NCBI GenBank assembly: GCA_001662655.1 | Contig: KV460224.1 | DNA length: 64,000 nt | Source of the DNA: Pseudogymnoascus verrucosus | Taxonomy: Eukaryota | Strand: one strand, 5' to 3' | In this document: piece by piece, positions 1-12,955 of the stretch | How the letters are laid out: the number at the start of each line of letters is the position of its first letter | Position numbering within the stretch: the stretch's first letter is position 1 | Notes under the pieces: model-generated | The model's input: the letters and a program-made list of their open reading frames with translations, nothing else | The model's database searches: none | What the model was told of the DNA's origin: nothing | Position numbers and translations under genes: made by a program

Positions 1-2228
1 CGCGCTTTGATCTTTGCAATTGTCTTTCTCACACTGGAGTATTCTTGAGAAACCAACATCGTACAGCCGGCTATTAAGAAATAGACTCGTCACGCGAGTC
101 ACTACCCCCTCAACCTCAGTGAGGTAGTAATGCGCTTTCCGCTCCAGATTCTGCGCCAGCATCACGAACCGCTGGCGGTGGTAGTATCGCCATTTATCAT
201 TATTCGCGTAGCCCCCCGTCGTCGACCCAGCCCAGTAGAGGTTATTCCGCTTCGCCTCCCATTCCACATCTCCCGACTCATCGTAGCGGAAGCCCGGCTC
301 GATGTACGCAGCGGGGGGGTAGACGAAGTCGCTCATGGTGGATGGCACGCCGCATGAGAGGACGGGCACGAGGCCTTCGATTAGTTTGAAGGAGGTGGGG
401 CTGAGAGCGAGGCCGTTCAGGTCGCTGTACTCGGGGTGAGAGCAGAGATCTATGGTTGCGGTTAGGTTGTTGACGAAGGGGATGTCATAGCCTTCGACGG
501 GGTAGTCGGGCTCGGCGGGGCGTGTGCTTTGTTGGGTGGGACAGAATTTGGTGAGTTTATCCCAGACGGGTTGGCCGCCCCTGTGGTTGATGGTGAATTC
601 TGTCGAAGCATTGCTGGTTCTATTGAGTCCGCTATGGAAGTCTCCCACTGGCGATGGGGGGAATAGGACTCTCGGCTCGTCGAGGTGGTTGATGAGGAAT
701 TTGACCTCGGGAAGAACGCCACGCAAATTCTCGAACATCCCATTTAGGTAGTTTTGAATATTCCTATCGGCAGTACGATAGGGATGACTGCAGCTCGTTT
801 GAGCTTGGTCACTTGCGAAGGTACAGAACCACAGGTCGCTGTCTTTAGTTTCGTATACACGAGTAATTATTTCGTTAACCTCTCTACCGCTTAGTTTCCA
901 GAGCGGCGAGATGCTATGGAAAAGCTGGTCAAAGTCATCAATTATAGGTGACTGGTGCAACGTCGCATATTCATGCCAGGCTTTGAATCCAGGTGGGGGA
1001 TCAACGGCATATCGACGACGATACTCGTTATGAGCTGCTGTGTAGTTCATGGACTGGCGCTCAACCAAGCTTTCAAAGCCTGCCTTGGCATTGTGGATCA
1101 AACTTGCGATCGGATGTTCTTGGGAGCGTACAAGTATGGATTGTGCCGTTTGGATGGCAATGGTGTTGGCAATGAATGGAACAAGAGAGGCGAGAGAGAA
1201 TACCCAGAGAGCTGACTTGGCTGCCGCCTGCCTGGGGAGGATGTGGATGACCTGGCCAAGGACGAGGAAAGATACTATGACATGTGATACAGCTTGGGTA
1301 TCCAAAGTCTGTACGAAAGGATCTAAGGTGGATACAATGCTGAATGTTGCAGTCGTAGTGACGGTACGCCAGGAAGAGTTCCGAGCCTAGGGCAGTGAGT
1401 ATGATGAAAGACTCAAGATAAGGACTTTACTTACTGTCTGTATAATAAAATGCCAAGTGAATGATTTGGCCAAGCCCAGGGTTAAAGTCATTAAAGGTTC
1501 GCTAGTTGCAAAATCAAACGCCACCTTCTCGACGCCAAGTAGAATGGCTAACAAGATGACAACCCGGACTGCGAGAGGGAGGATGGCGTTTTCGATATCA
1601 AAAGGCTGAATAAATCGGGAGCCTTTGATATTTCCTGAGGTCAAAACGTCGAAGAGTACCAATAGACCAGCACCCGGGATAATCAACAGCGTATACCACC
1701 GGAAATCCCAATCCAGCATGGTGAGAATGACAAACAAAGCAGCCAGGGCTGTGCCCCATACCGTGTTCACGAACGGGGAGAAGAAGCGCGAATCAGCGGA
1801 TGTACGGACATCAGACCGAAGATACCTCTGGGCTGCCAGAAGTAATGGCGTTAATATAGGCTGGTGATGTTAGCTATGTGAACATGTGTCTGGCACGTGG
1901 GCTGTCTTACCAAAAATGCAATCATGAAGCTCTCCGCTCTAAAAATACAAAACGTGACAATGCTCAACGAAACGAGCCATAATGACGCCGCAGTCGCAGG
2001 CTGGGTTTCTGGGTTGCCAAGGGGCGCCTCTCCCCAGGTCTTGCTGTCATCTTGCTGCCGTCTTCGACCAACAACCCTGTACACTAATGGCAGGAATAAC
2101 CAGCCGATCGTCTCGGACCATAGTTCAGACTGCCTGGACGCCAGGCGCTGCGTGAAGATGCTGCATAGGAGAGCTGCGGCGGCGGAGATGGTAATGGGGT
2201 CGATGTTGCCGAAGGGCGATTGCCACAT
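1..2228 (-). CDS. Glycosyltransferase family 90 (CAP10/Cxt1-like beta-1,2-xylosyltransferase) with multi-TM N-terminus; 3' end runs off the window
   Basis: ATG at 2228 (MWQSPF), introns near 1830-1910 and 1387-1434 (GTAAGT...CCCTAG). The long final exon reads HPIASLI..YRRRYAVDPPPGFKAW..IIDDFD..INHLDEPRVL..DLCSHPEY..LYWAGSTTGG..HRQRFV, typical of fungal GT90. Confidence 0.85.
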
Positions 2229-3083
2229 CGTCGTCACTTATGGGGCCTTCTCCACAGCACACAGGATGTCACCTGTAGCTCAGTCTTCGTGGGTATGGCG
2301 GCTTTGTCAGACGGCTGTTTGTAGCTAGGCGCGCGGCATGGGTGGTAGCAGTTCAGTCCAGCCTCTGTACACATACTATGCAGTCGTAGTACTTCATATA
2401 GAAATAGTCTGAAGCGGCGCTAGGCGGTCAGATTAGACGCAGTAAGTAAGGATCGTGAAGATGCAGCATTCCCAATCCCAAAGGTGATCTTGTTCATATT
2501 TAGGCTGAAGGGGCTGGGCGCCCAGGGTGCCTAGAGAGCCAACGGCGGGGGGTGAAGCTGGGCGTGCTGGGCGGCAGGGGAGGCATAGACCGCCGAGCCC
2601 AATGAAGAGGCATCGCTAGACTTCAAATCCTTTCCCGGCCCAAACAGGCAGCCCTGTAACAACTGTGACAACCAACATGACAGCGCCGAGACGGTAGCCA
2701 AGGTACCAAATACAGCGATCTGTTCGATGCCAAATCCTTGGACTCAGCTTGTGAGTACTGGAGTAGGGCACTCTACTGTGGCGAGCACAGCCCTGACGAT
2801 GAAACAGAAATCACAAAAGCCACGATGGCCTCGGCCTCCGAAGCATCCGGGCCGTTCCATGTCAAACTGTGCTCGTATAGAGAAGCACTTTAATTTACCC
2901 CGGGATTGGATTGGTTACATGGCCCTAATATCGTGTAAGAAAATGGAATAAAGAACCACTTGATGCTGAATACTGATCTGATATACCACAGTGAACCTTT
3001 CTTACCCACCTCTTTGTGAGACAACTCACATATCTTATGGACAAGGCATATTATATGCACACATCCGCTGAGGCACAGCAGCA

Positions 3084-3102
3084 CAACAACAACAACAACA
3101 AC
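3084..3102 (+). repeat. (CAA)n microsatellite
   Basis: About 6 tandem CAA units in intergenic DNA. Confidence 0.8.
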
Positions 3103-3601
3103 AGCCGCCCCAATGGCATGCTGACACGCTGACTCTGCAAGTCATCTTTGTCCTCGGAGAATGGAAATAGCCAAGCAGCTAAAGTTGAAGCCAAGAAGCC
3201 AAGAAATGAGAAAAATCCGTTGGTTCGTTGATGTCCCACCTGGCCCCCCTTTGCTTTCCTTATTCGGCCAATACGACGCTGTCACAGCTGTCAACCCCTA
3301 AATTGCCTCATGGAGACAAGTTTTTCCGTATAAACGCCCCCCCGTATAGAAGCTGACATAAACTTAGGAAACCTAGGAAACTACGGATAAAAGTAGCTCC
3401 GCTGTGCGGAGTCGTGGCAGCAGCTATGATCCACCTTGACTCAAACGATAAGGGTTGAACTTATTTACTTTCATAACTCTCAAAACTCACAAAGCTCATA
3501 ACTCCTTGTACAAACCAGCCCCGACTTCAAAGGTCTGTTCGCGGAACTATATACAACCAGATCACCAAATCCAGAACCCAGATCAAGCTTCCTTTCATTT
3601 C

Positions 3602-4588
3602 ATGCCAGCAGTCATGGCCCCCAAATACAGAAATCACCTCCCCCACCTCGATCCAAACCGCAAACCCTTCCTCGCCGAGGGTGGTCTTGAAACTGACCTC
3701 ATTTTCCGCAAGGGCGTCACCCTCCCCCACTTCGCCGCCTTCACCCTGCTCGACACCCCGGAAGGCACCCAGACCTTACGCGACTGCTACACCCCCTACA
3801 TCCACCTCGCCCGCCGCCATCGCACCGGCCTCATCCTGCAGACCCCCACATGGCGCCTCTCTGAGCCCTGGGCAAGACGCCTTAACTACAACGAACCCGC
3901 GGAGAAAGTCATCTATGCCAGTCGTGAGTCCGTTGAGCTCCTAGAGTCTCTCCGCGATGAGTTCGAAACAGAAGAGACACCCATCGTCATCAGTGGTTCT
4001 CTCGGGTCCCTCGCAGACGCATACAAATCGACCCATGATACCTCATCCCTCAATGGCCCCGCCACAGCTCGGTCTCAGATCTCCGCCCTCGCCGCAGCAG
4101 GCGTAGACATGCTCGCACTGATGACGACATCCTCCCCTACCGAAGCAATCGCCATCATCGAGCTCGCCCGCGACGCCGGCCTCCCCATCACCGTCTCCTT
4201 CTCCCTCGAGGCCGACGGCACGCTCCTCGGCAACCGCGAATTCGGCATCGCCCTCTCACACGTCGACGGCGCGACAGATAAGTACGCCTCTTACTTCGGC
4301 ATCAACTGCGCGCATCCAAGTCACTTCCTGCCCGTACTCCGCACGATGCACCCCGATCAGCGCAAGCGCATTGGACTGATCCGCGCGAACGCGAGCGAGA
4401 AGAGCCACAAGGAGTTGGATAACAGCGCGGTGCTTGAGAGGGGGGATGTGGAGGCCTTGGCGGAGAGTTACAAGGAGATCTGTGAGCTCTTGCCCAGAGT
4501 GATGGTGGTCGGTGGATGCTGTGGAACGGATGAGGAGCATGTTGCTGCTATTGCGGAGAAGGTGCTGGGGAAGATTGAGGAAGATTAA
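3602..4588 (+). CDS. Homocysteine S-methyltransferase family protein, intronless, bacterial-like
   Basis: EGGLETDL start motif, GINCAHP and GGCCGT Zn-binding Cys motifs. ATG at 3602 or 3614. Confidence 0.9.
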   Translation: MPAVMAPKYRNHLPHLDPNRKPFLAEGGLETDLIFRKGVTLPHFAAFTLLDTPEGTQTLRDCYTPYIHLARRHRTGLILQTPTWRLSEPWARRLNYNEPAEKVIYASRESVELLESLRDEFETEETPIVISGSLGSLADAYKSTHDTSSLNGPATARSQISALAAAGVDMLALMTTSSPTEAIAIIELARDAGLPITVSFSLEADGTLLGNREFGIALSHVDGATDKYASYFGINCAHPSHFLPVLRTMHPDQRKRIGLIRANASEKSHKELDNSAVLERGDVEALAESYKEICELLPRVMVVGGCCGTDEEHVAAIAEKVLGKIEED

Positions 4589-5564
4589 GATATGCGTTTT
4601 GTCATCCGCCGTTTTATTGTCTGGTAACAAGCTGTTGCTAGTTGAAGAAGCGTAACTACGGGCCTGGATATGGCTAGGTCTTGATACCGCCTCTCGAGAT
4701 TTGACGATTTGGGTGAGAATCAAGCACAAATGGGACCCAGCGCCACCAGAATAGCTATTCCATCCACCAGTTCGGAAACAGCTGCCAACCTGCGGTCGTG
4801 TCGTTCGTCTCATTCCAGACCATATCGGCTGCGTAGTCGTCGTATCGCCCCATTCGGCGTACAGATCAGCACCTCTGTCTACGTTATATATTGCTGGGAA
4901 AAATTCTTGCGACGCTTCTTCACGCTCTGCGCTGTGTACACCCCGAGATGAGATAATCATGCCCCATCTATTGTCGCGGATGTCTTTACACTTCTAACGA
5001 TATGTCCCATATCTTCCCCCCTTTTTTAACATCCAAGATACCATCAGGATTGCAAGGTGCGGAATTTACAGCGGCTTGAGCTCGTTCTACCATGGCCATG
5101 GATCTGGGTACAGTTTTTCTCGATTATTGCGACTTCCTTCGTCGACAAAAAACCATTTCTAGGTTCCCACGAGCGACAAGAAGGCAACGTATACCATCCA
5201 TCTGCAACAATTCTGCGCGTTTTGTCTCTCGAGGTTATTCCGTCCGTCCCACCTAAGGTTTGTGGTATGGAGAGGTACGTAGGTAATAGTTCAGCATCAA
5301 TGGTATGGTATCACAAAATCGAACTTCACATGGCATTACGGTGAGACAAGTAAATAGTCATGTTCAAATCATGATATTTCTGTGGTTCAAGAGAGTGTCA
5401 TCGCCGCCGCATAAGGAGTGCGATATAAGGTATACTATGAATAGAGCGTGTTGAAACACCTTAATGGAGTGTTTTCCCTGGCTGTTGAAAGCAGGCGACC
5501 AGTAGAATTAAAAATCCAGCCAGCATCCACGTAGTCAATTTGAACCCTGACTTCTTATATCCCT

Positions 5565-7156
5565 TTAATAGTCATCTCCTCGGGAGATAATCTCCTTGCA
5601 ATTGGGTCGGAGGAGAACGGTCTATTTCAAAGATCTTGTCAGCATAGTTCAATCGTCAATTTTGAGGACTCTACTCACGTGCTCAAACTGCGCGACATAA
5701 GACCCAGGAATATCAACCAGTGGTCCATATTGGTCAACAATCCCATGCGAGATAAGCGTCCTCATACCAAGATGATAATTCTTCGCCCCCGCCCGCTCAA
5801 GCGAGCGCCGCGAGAACACAATAGTCCCAAAGTTCTCATCAATAGTCTTGAGCAGCGACCTGGCCGAGGCATGGTGCAAACCCGCAGCACTGGCGTGCTC
5901 ATTGCGTCCATACCCATAAACCCCCGTATCCTCCCTAGTCGACCCTCTCCCAGTGCTACCGAATGTTTCAATGGCGAAGATATCACCCTCTTCCATCCGC
6001 TGGTTGGTCCGCGTCTTCACGAAGGGGACTTGCTTGTCCCCGTGGATATGGTAGCGGAGGATGTTATGCCCGGTGATGCCGCGGACGGCTTTGATAGGGA
6101 GGGTCTTGCCGTTGAGCTCGATCTCGTAGCTTTGCATTACTTCTTGCATTACTGAGCTCATGTGGTCCATGCGGGCGTCGATGCCGGCTTCCTGGGGGGG
6201 TATTAGCTTTGTGGGCAATAAACAAGGTGGATAGTTTACCTTGAGCCCAGCATTCGTGGTTGCTTTGACGGCTGCGAGGAGGTTATCATAGACCGGGTTA
6301 GCAGCCACGGTAAATGCGCTGTCGACAATTCTGCCATTGACATGGACTCCGAAATCCACCTTCAGGACATCGTCGTACTGTAGGATAACCTCCTTGGCTC
6401 CAGGATTGGCGGTCCAGTGAGCAGCTATGTTGTTCAAGCACAGCCCAATCGGGAATCCTAGCCCCGCCTTGAGAGAATCTCCAGGCTCAAGACCTTGGTG
6501 GCCAGTCAGTGCCCGAACGCCTTCCTCAATCTCCTCGACGAGCTTGCTCATGGAGACGCCCGGCTTGGCGATAGTCTGCACATACTGGCGGACCTGACGA
6601 TGGATTTCAGCCGCTTTGCGATAGTCGATCAGAAAGTCATCATCCATGTCCTTCACGACGGATAGGTGACGAAGTTCTTCGGCCGTAGTCCGCTCAAGAT
6701 TGTCATTGCGATTGGCATACTCGGCAATCTCACCCTCTGGATAACGATGATCCTGGAAGAGGTCGGCGAGTGCAACTCTGGGAGGAGTTGTCTGCTGATC
6801 ATGCACTGCCTTTGTCTTCTTCTTCTTGTTTCTCTTTCGTTTTTTCTTCCCGCCTTCTGGGGGTTAGCCTCACGTGTGCATTAACATCAGGTTGGCTTAC
6901 TGGTGTCGGGCTCAGCATCAGTCTTTACGACGGCTCCAGTTTTCTCGTCATCGCCATCTCCGTCTTCATCTTCCCCTTCAAGTCCACCGTGAACCAGCCC
7001 GCTTGCTGCGGCCGGCTTGGGAGGATTGACGGCTTCAATGGAAGCACCTGACGAGGACTCTGTTCAAATTGTTAGAATAACTTGCAACGCAAAGCAACTT
7101 ATTTCATTCATACCATTTGGGCCCCGACGGTGCTCTTCTGGTGTCTTAGATCCCAT
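5565..7156 (-). CDS. Methionine aminopeptidase type 2 (MetAP2), extra-paralog type, 4 introns
   Basis: Starts [14 protein letters not shown], with acidic and Lys-rich N-terminal tracts. Motifs [42 protein letters not shown]; ends [18 protein letters not shown]. Confidence 0.95.
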
Positions 7157-7496
7157 GATTTTCTCCGATTTATACTCATAAAGCTATTTTGTCGTTCTTT
7201 ATGGTATGATTGATATCGTTGAAGCTTTCAAAGTCTTCTGTCCGAAGTGATAGAAAGGGCGTGCATCAGACCCCTGTATGTCTTGGCATGCGCTTTCCCG
7301 TTTTAGGATATTGACGATTGGCGGGCCACAACCTTGGTGGTCAGCACTAAATATCAACTGAACAAAACAAGAACACATAAACACAACGTCAATCCCTTAT
7401 TTCTGTAACGTATACCCAAAAGCAAAGGTAACGAAACTTCAATCTCCTACTTCGCAACTTATACTCTACAAAATTTATTCTTGAACTGTAACCACA

Positions 7497-8240
7497 ATGG
7501 CGGGAATCAAGCAACAAAAGACCATCCCGACAGTGTACAACATGTCCTCCTCAAAAGCGATCTCAGCACTGTGGCCGCTGGAGGAGCTTGCAGATGCCGG
7601 CATCAAGTACAAAGTCGTCAATCTTCCCCGGCGAGGCGCCGACACATACAAAGTGCTCAAATCTCACTTTCCACTCGGAAAATCCCCCACCGTGACACTA
7701 GAACACGTCGGCGGAGAAGCAGAAGTCACATACCAGATCATGCCCAACGTCCTCACCGAGACGCGGCTCATTCTCCAGTTCTTCTCTGACCACTACACGG
7801 ATGGAGTGTGGGTTCCGGAATCAGAGGAGGACAAGAGGCGAGACACTTTTTTTCAGGAGTTCGCGCATGGGTCTTTGATCACAAAAATCGACCACATCCT
7901 CACGTTCGAGGTCATCCCGACAATGCTGTTCTTCCCAATGCGCTATCTTACCCTATTGATGGTGCTGCCTATTCGGATGCACTTTATGAAAGACTTGACT
8001 GTCATCTATCAGATTATGGAAGACCCACTGTCTGAGGAGAAACCGTGGTTCTCAGGCAAGAACATCGGCTTGGCGGACTTTAACACCATCTTTGCCATGG
8101 ACATGGCGGTTCAGAGAGGTTACATCCAATTGGAGAAGTATCCCATGCTGGCTAAGTGGTACAATACGGTGCAAGATCGACCAGCGTATAAACGGGCGAA
8201 GGAAGTAGGAGAGGTGTATGATTGTGCAACATTTGCATAG
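7497..8240 (+). CDS. Glutathione S-transferase (Gtt1-like)
   Basis: LEEL..Y, FPLGKSP, LTETRLIL N-domain motifs; C-domain WFSG..IGLADF and WY..VQDRPAYKRA. Intronless. Confidence 0.85.
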   Translation: MAGIKQQKTIPTVYNMSSSKAISALWPLEELADAGIKYKVVNLPRRGADTYKVLKSHFPLGKSPTVTLEHVGGEAEVTYQIMPNVLTETRLILQFFSDHYTDGVWVPESEEDKRRDTFFQEFAHGSLITKIDHILTFEVIPTMLFFPMRYLTLLMVLPIRMHFMKDLTVIYQIMEDPLSEEKPWFSGKNIGLADFNTIFAMDMAVQRGYIQLEKYPMLAKWYNTVQDRPAYKRAKEVGEVYDCATFA

Positions 8241-9173
8241 GAGAAACACCTAAATGGGGTTGGAGAGAACGCATTCGCACGAGGCACAGAGACGTCGATG
8301 CGAGAGTGGGTGATTTTGCCAACGTCGGAATATCTACTTGCTCTTTTATTCCCGTGGATGCTTTGATATATTTAGCGCATCGAGGATATACCCTTTTTAT
8401 GAACTGCAAATTTTATGAGAGAAAATTGGACCATATAAAACTAGGAATGGTGGTTTATCAGGTGCTTTGTTTGAAATATGGGATGTTTGGTACTGAAAAC
8501 ACCACCTCACGGTGTCTTGCCTGTGGTTATTTACTACTGTGGAAAGAAAATTATCGTATGCAGATTAACACTGCAGAGTGAAGATGCCATCTAAGTCACT
8601 ACACATGGCGCTGTGTGATATGAGACGCTGTTGAAATCGTCCACGGCATTAGCCATCGTGCGAACGTATACTCCTTTAATCCCCTCGCACCAGCCTAATC
8701 TACGGAAATCTAGATTGACGGCAGACCTGCATCTCTAAGTTCGACCCGCCTCATTTACGGTTACTCTAGTCCGACCTAATTCTGGCCACGTCCTGCCCTG
8801 TCTTACATTTCACACATGTTTTGTTTCGGCTCTCTACAACCATCTGAGACCTACACGGATCACATATTTCACAAACCACATACTTTGCCTCTGCTGTCTA
8901 ACGTCGGAAGCAGAGCCGAAGATGTGATTGGGTAACATGAAACAGGAATCTAGATTTGAGCTGTTGTTTGTGCTATGTCGATGTGGTATCTGTCCGTTGG
9001 TGGCACTTGTACTTGAATCACTTGCCCCTCGACGGTAATGTCTATATAATCTAAGAGGCTGGCCCGTTAAACATGCTACATAACTTTGATACATTTCTCT
9101 ATTTCTTTGACCGTTTACCCATACATCTTGATATCAGACACATTTGTATTGATAGCCACTTATCACATACAAC

Positions 9174-9645
9174 ATGCATTTCTTCAAGTGCTTGGTGCTA
9201 CTAGCAACCCCCTTTACATTTGCAGCAGCCCAACACGTAATCGTAGGTTATTGCACCCTTTGGGATACTACGACTAATAGTACCAGGGCAATAGCCATGG
9301 AGATTCGAAATGTAGAACGAACAACATTAACCCTATCAAATCTGGGGAGTGTGTAGATACCTCAAAATTAGGGTATGGCTAGCTTTCAACTCTGCACGTT
9401 AACATTAGTAACCTGCTAACATGTTCATTAACAGGTCTATTAATATATATAGCGCTGCAACTTGCATCTTATATGCGTATGTTTGTCTGTATATTTATCT
9501 ACAGTCACTAGCTAAAATGTCACTATATAGCAAACCCGGATGTTCAGGTGAAGGAGTCGATACGGATGGATCGCCAGCTTGCTATCCTTTGGAGGACTGG
9601 GACAGCCCCGCTTCAATCAAATGTCATTGGGATCATGAAGAGTAG
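9174..9645 (+). CDS. Small secreted cysteine-rich protein (~103 aa, 4 exons), unknown function
   Basis: Exons 9174-9236, 9281-9372, 9435-9476 and 9531-9645 splice in frame via GT..AG introns. Signal peptide MHFFKCLVLLATPFTFAAA; 6 Cys in the mature part. Confidence 0.75.
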
Positions 9646-10427
9646 AGCGATGAATGAACACAATTGGATATTGGATGGGAAGATCTGAGCCCAGATGAGT
9701 CTCTGTTTGTGTGCACTCTCACTAAGAGCTAAGTAGGTGCAGCTGTGTCATCCTGGTCCTCGTGGCTACCACGTTGGGCGCATGATGTCGGTGGATTAAA
9801 AATTATTTGCTGCGTATACTAGTATACTACAATAGCCATATGGGAGCCATATTAGACAAGCAATCCCATATTAAACAAGCAATTAAATAAATTAAAGCCC
9901 GCAGTTGGTTGGCTCTAAGATCTACCATTTTCTCACCCAGGTTGCATGGATGATTGTGGATGATTGCGGGTGATTGTGGTGCTCACCCAATAAAATGCCA
10001 CAGACAGTCGGCAGTCGCTATAAAAACGCGCGCAATGAACCTCACACTCCTGTAAAACTTGCTCAATTCCTCTCTTACCCCATACTACTATCCCTTGAAA
10101 TACTGTATTAACCCTAGAGATTAATCTTGAGGCTAGAATAATGGTGCCGGTTTCCGTTTCTTTTGGGAACACTTGCCACATCATGGTAGCACGACAGTGC
10201 TTGTTGGTACAGATAAGTATGGCCACGCCCAACATCTACCAGCTTGGTGGAGGGTCCATTCGAGCTGGTGATAATCCTCATACACATGGACCGACAAGGA
10301 GCTGGCACTCTCATGTATATATTTGGAAGTTAAAACAGCGTGAACAACCGCTCCGGAAGCTCTTCGAAGGAGGTTGCGCGCACTTCATTTACTTTCTTCA
10401 GTCGAACGACGAACAAACTCGCCCACC

Positions 10428-12955
10428 ATGCATGCTGCTATCCCCTTCTTTGTGTTGTCTCTGTCTGGCATCATCCAGAATGGATGTTCAGCAGAGAGTG
10501 GTATCATGGGCTTTGGCCTGTCCTTGTACCAGGACCTCTGCTGCCAGACTTGTCACGACTCTCTCTCCGCCCTTTATCTGAATTGCACTACATTCCCCGA
10601 AGACGATAACATGGACATGGATATGTCAATGGATATGGGTATGGATATGTCCATGGACACGATGCCGATGACGAGCGAGGAGTGCTATGCTACCAATATC
10701 CCTTGGCTCCAGACGATGGCATACTGCATCCAACAGAACTGCAATGCCGACGGGTACAGCGCCGACAAACAGGCCAAATGCTTCAGCACTCAAGCAGTTG
10801 CGGGTGCGTCAGAGCCGACTTTCCAGGACAGTTTGCCTGCCAAGGCTCCGACGGTCGAGCTCTCAGAGGATGCAATGTGGCTCAATACCACTAGCTTGGT
10901 CAATGGGAACACCTACAGCGCCATACATGGCACCCTGAAGGAATTCACAAGACAGGAATATATGCACACGAGATATTCGTACGTTCTTCCACCCTGTGTT
11001 GTTAATTTATATATCTTCCCCGGGCGTGAAGCTCACATATAATTTTCAGGGTGATACTCCTATTCATAGTCCTTGGCATCTGCATAGGCGGAGGCATTCT
11101 GGCGCAGACCACGAGCGCATCCCTCGGATTTCAAACAAAGCTACATGCCTCCACTCTCTGGAGCAAGTTTCAGCAGCACATCTTCTTGCCGGCTTTATTC
11201 GGGTCTCGGCGCCTCGAACCTCTCCCGGGGAATGTGGGCTACGTGCCAAGCCGGACGCTCACCATATTTATCACCATCTTCGTGATTCTGAATATAATCC
11301 TCTCGTCCGTTTCTTACCGCACCTCTCAGCCAAATACCTGGTTCAAATCTGGTCAATTCGAACTATGCGAGTACGTCGGGAATCGCACGGGCACTCTGAG
11401 CTTGGTCAATATGTGTATTTCCATCTTGTTCGCGGGCCGAAATAATCTCTTGATTGCTTGGACCGGATGGAACCAGACGGCTTTCTTAACTTTGCATCGC
11501 TGGACGGCGAGGGTGGCTGCGCTGCAGGCGGTTGTCCATTCGATTGCATATACACTGGCATATTTCGAGCCGGGATATGGTGGAGCGGCGGAGTATGCTG
11601 TTGAAGCAGCGATGCCTTTCTATGTATGTTGTCCAACCTCTGTTTCATTGTACTCCCTTTGATCAACGATATTTGTACTTGGGGGATTTACTGACACGTT
11701 TTAGTTTTGGGGGATTATCGGAACAATAGCGCTTTGTCTCGCAGCAGGCTTTGCAATCCTGCCCATTCGCATCAGATCCTATGAATTCTTCCTCATAACT
11801 CACATCATCTTCGTCATTATCGCCCTGGTTGGATGCTGGTACCACCTTGTCCCCCACTTCGGATATGTCTTTGGCTATCAAACATGGCTTTACATCGCCT
11901 TTGCCTTTTGGGGTGCCGACCGATTCGCCAGACTTGCTCGCGTGGCCTACTACAATCGCCTCAGTGGTTCAACGGCGATCATTGAAGCAATCCCCGACTG
12001 CGATATCATGCAAGTCACTGTTTTCCCACGTGCTGCTTGGGACTTTGGTCCCGGACAGCACAGCTTTATTTACCTGGCTGGACTGGGTAAGTTCTGGGAA
12101 AGCCATCCATTCAGTATTGCGGCTTGGAAGGGACAGTCATCAACCACTATAACTTCGACTTCGAACCTTCTTTCTTCTCCCATCGCTCGTTCCGACACCG
12201 CCACCAGAGAAGAGGAGGCGAAAGATCCAGGCGTTATATCATTGGGTTCGAAACCGAACTCGACGACAACGCTTCCGGAAACCCACGCAGAGGGCAAAGC
12301 ATATATTCGATTCCTCATCCGTGTACATTCCGGTATGACTTCCACGCTGCAGCGCCGCCTATTATCCTCGCCTTCTCGCGCTAGCCTGGAAACATCTGTC
12401 TATACCGAGGGGCCCTATGCAGGCCACAAAGCAACCCTCCAGCCACTCTTTATCGCCGACACTGTTCTCTGTATTGTTGGCGGCATTGGTATCACGAACA
12501 TCCTTGGATTCGTCCAAGAATACTCAAGCGCGAACCGTCGCGGAGGTGAAACGTCGAAAAATGGTCAGAGGATCATGAAGAAGGCCAAGCGGTTTATACT
12601 CGCCTGGTCCGCGAGAGAAAAAGCTCTCATCAAACACGTGAAGCAGAACTTCCTTCTCCCGAAAGATGAGGTTGACGGGATCGAGTATTCGTTCTGGTGC
12701 ACGGCTGAGCCAAAGGTGGACGATGTACATGAGGAGAGCCAGAAAGACGATAGTGCAGCTCAGCTAACGTCGGCTATAATAGCAGGGAGAATGGATATCA
12801 GGACAGTGATGAGATCCCATGTGGAAACGGGTCAACAGACGACGGTGATGGTGTGTGGTCCTGGTAATATGGCGGATGAAGCCACGAGGCAGATTATCGA
12901 TTGCGTGAAGGACGGATTTAAGGTGAATTTACTTGAAGAGTCCTATACCTGGTAG
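10428..12955 (+). CDS. Ferric/cupric-chelate reductase (FRE family) with Cys-rich, Met-rich N-terminal ectodomain
   Basis: Signal peptide; introns 10979-11049 and 11624-11704. Heme His pairs (LHRW..VVHS; THI..WYH), HPFS FAD motif, EGPY, GGIGIT, CGP, and C-terminal EESYTW. Confidence 0.92.

Noticed and set aside
4256..5344. ORFs between the HMT and MetAP2 genes
   Set aside because: Partly antisense to the HMT, with no recognisable domain.
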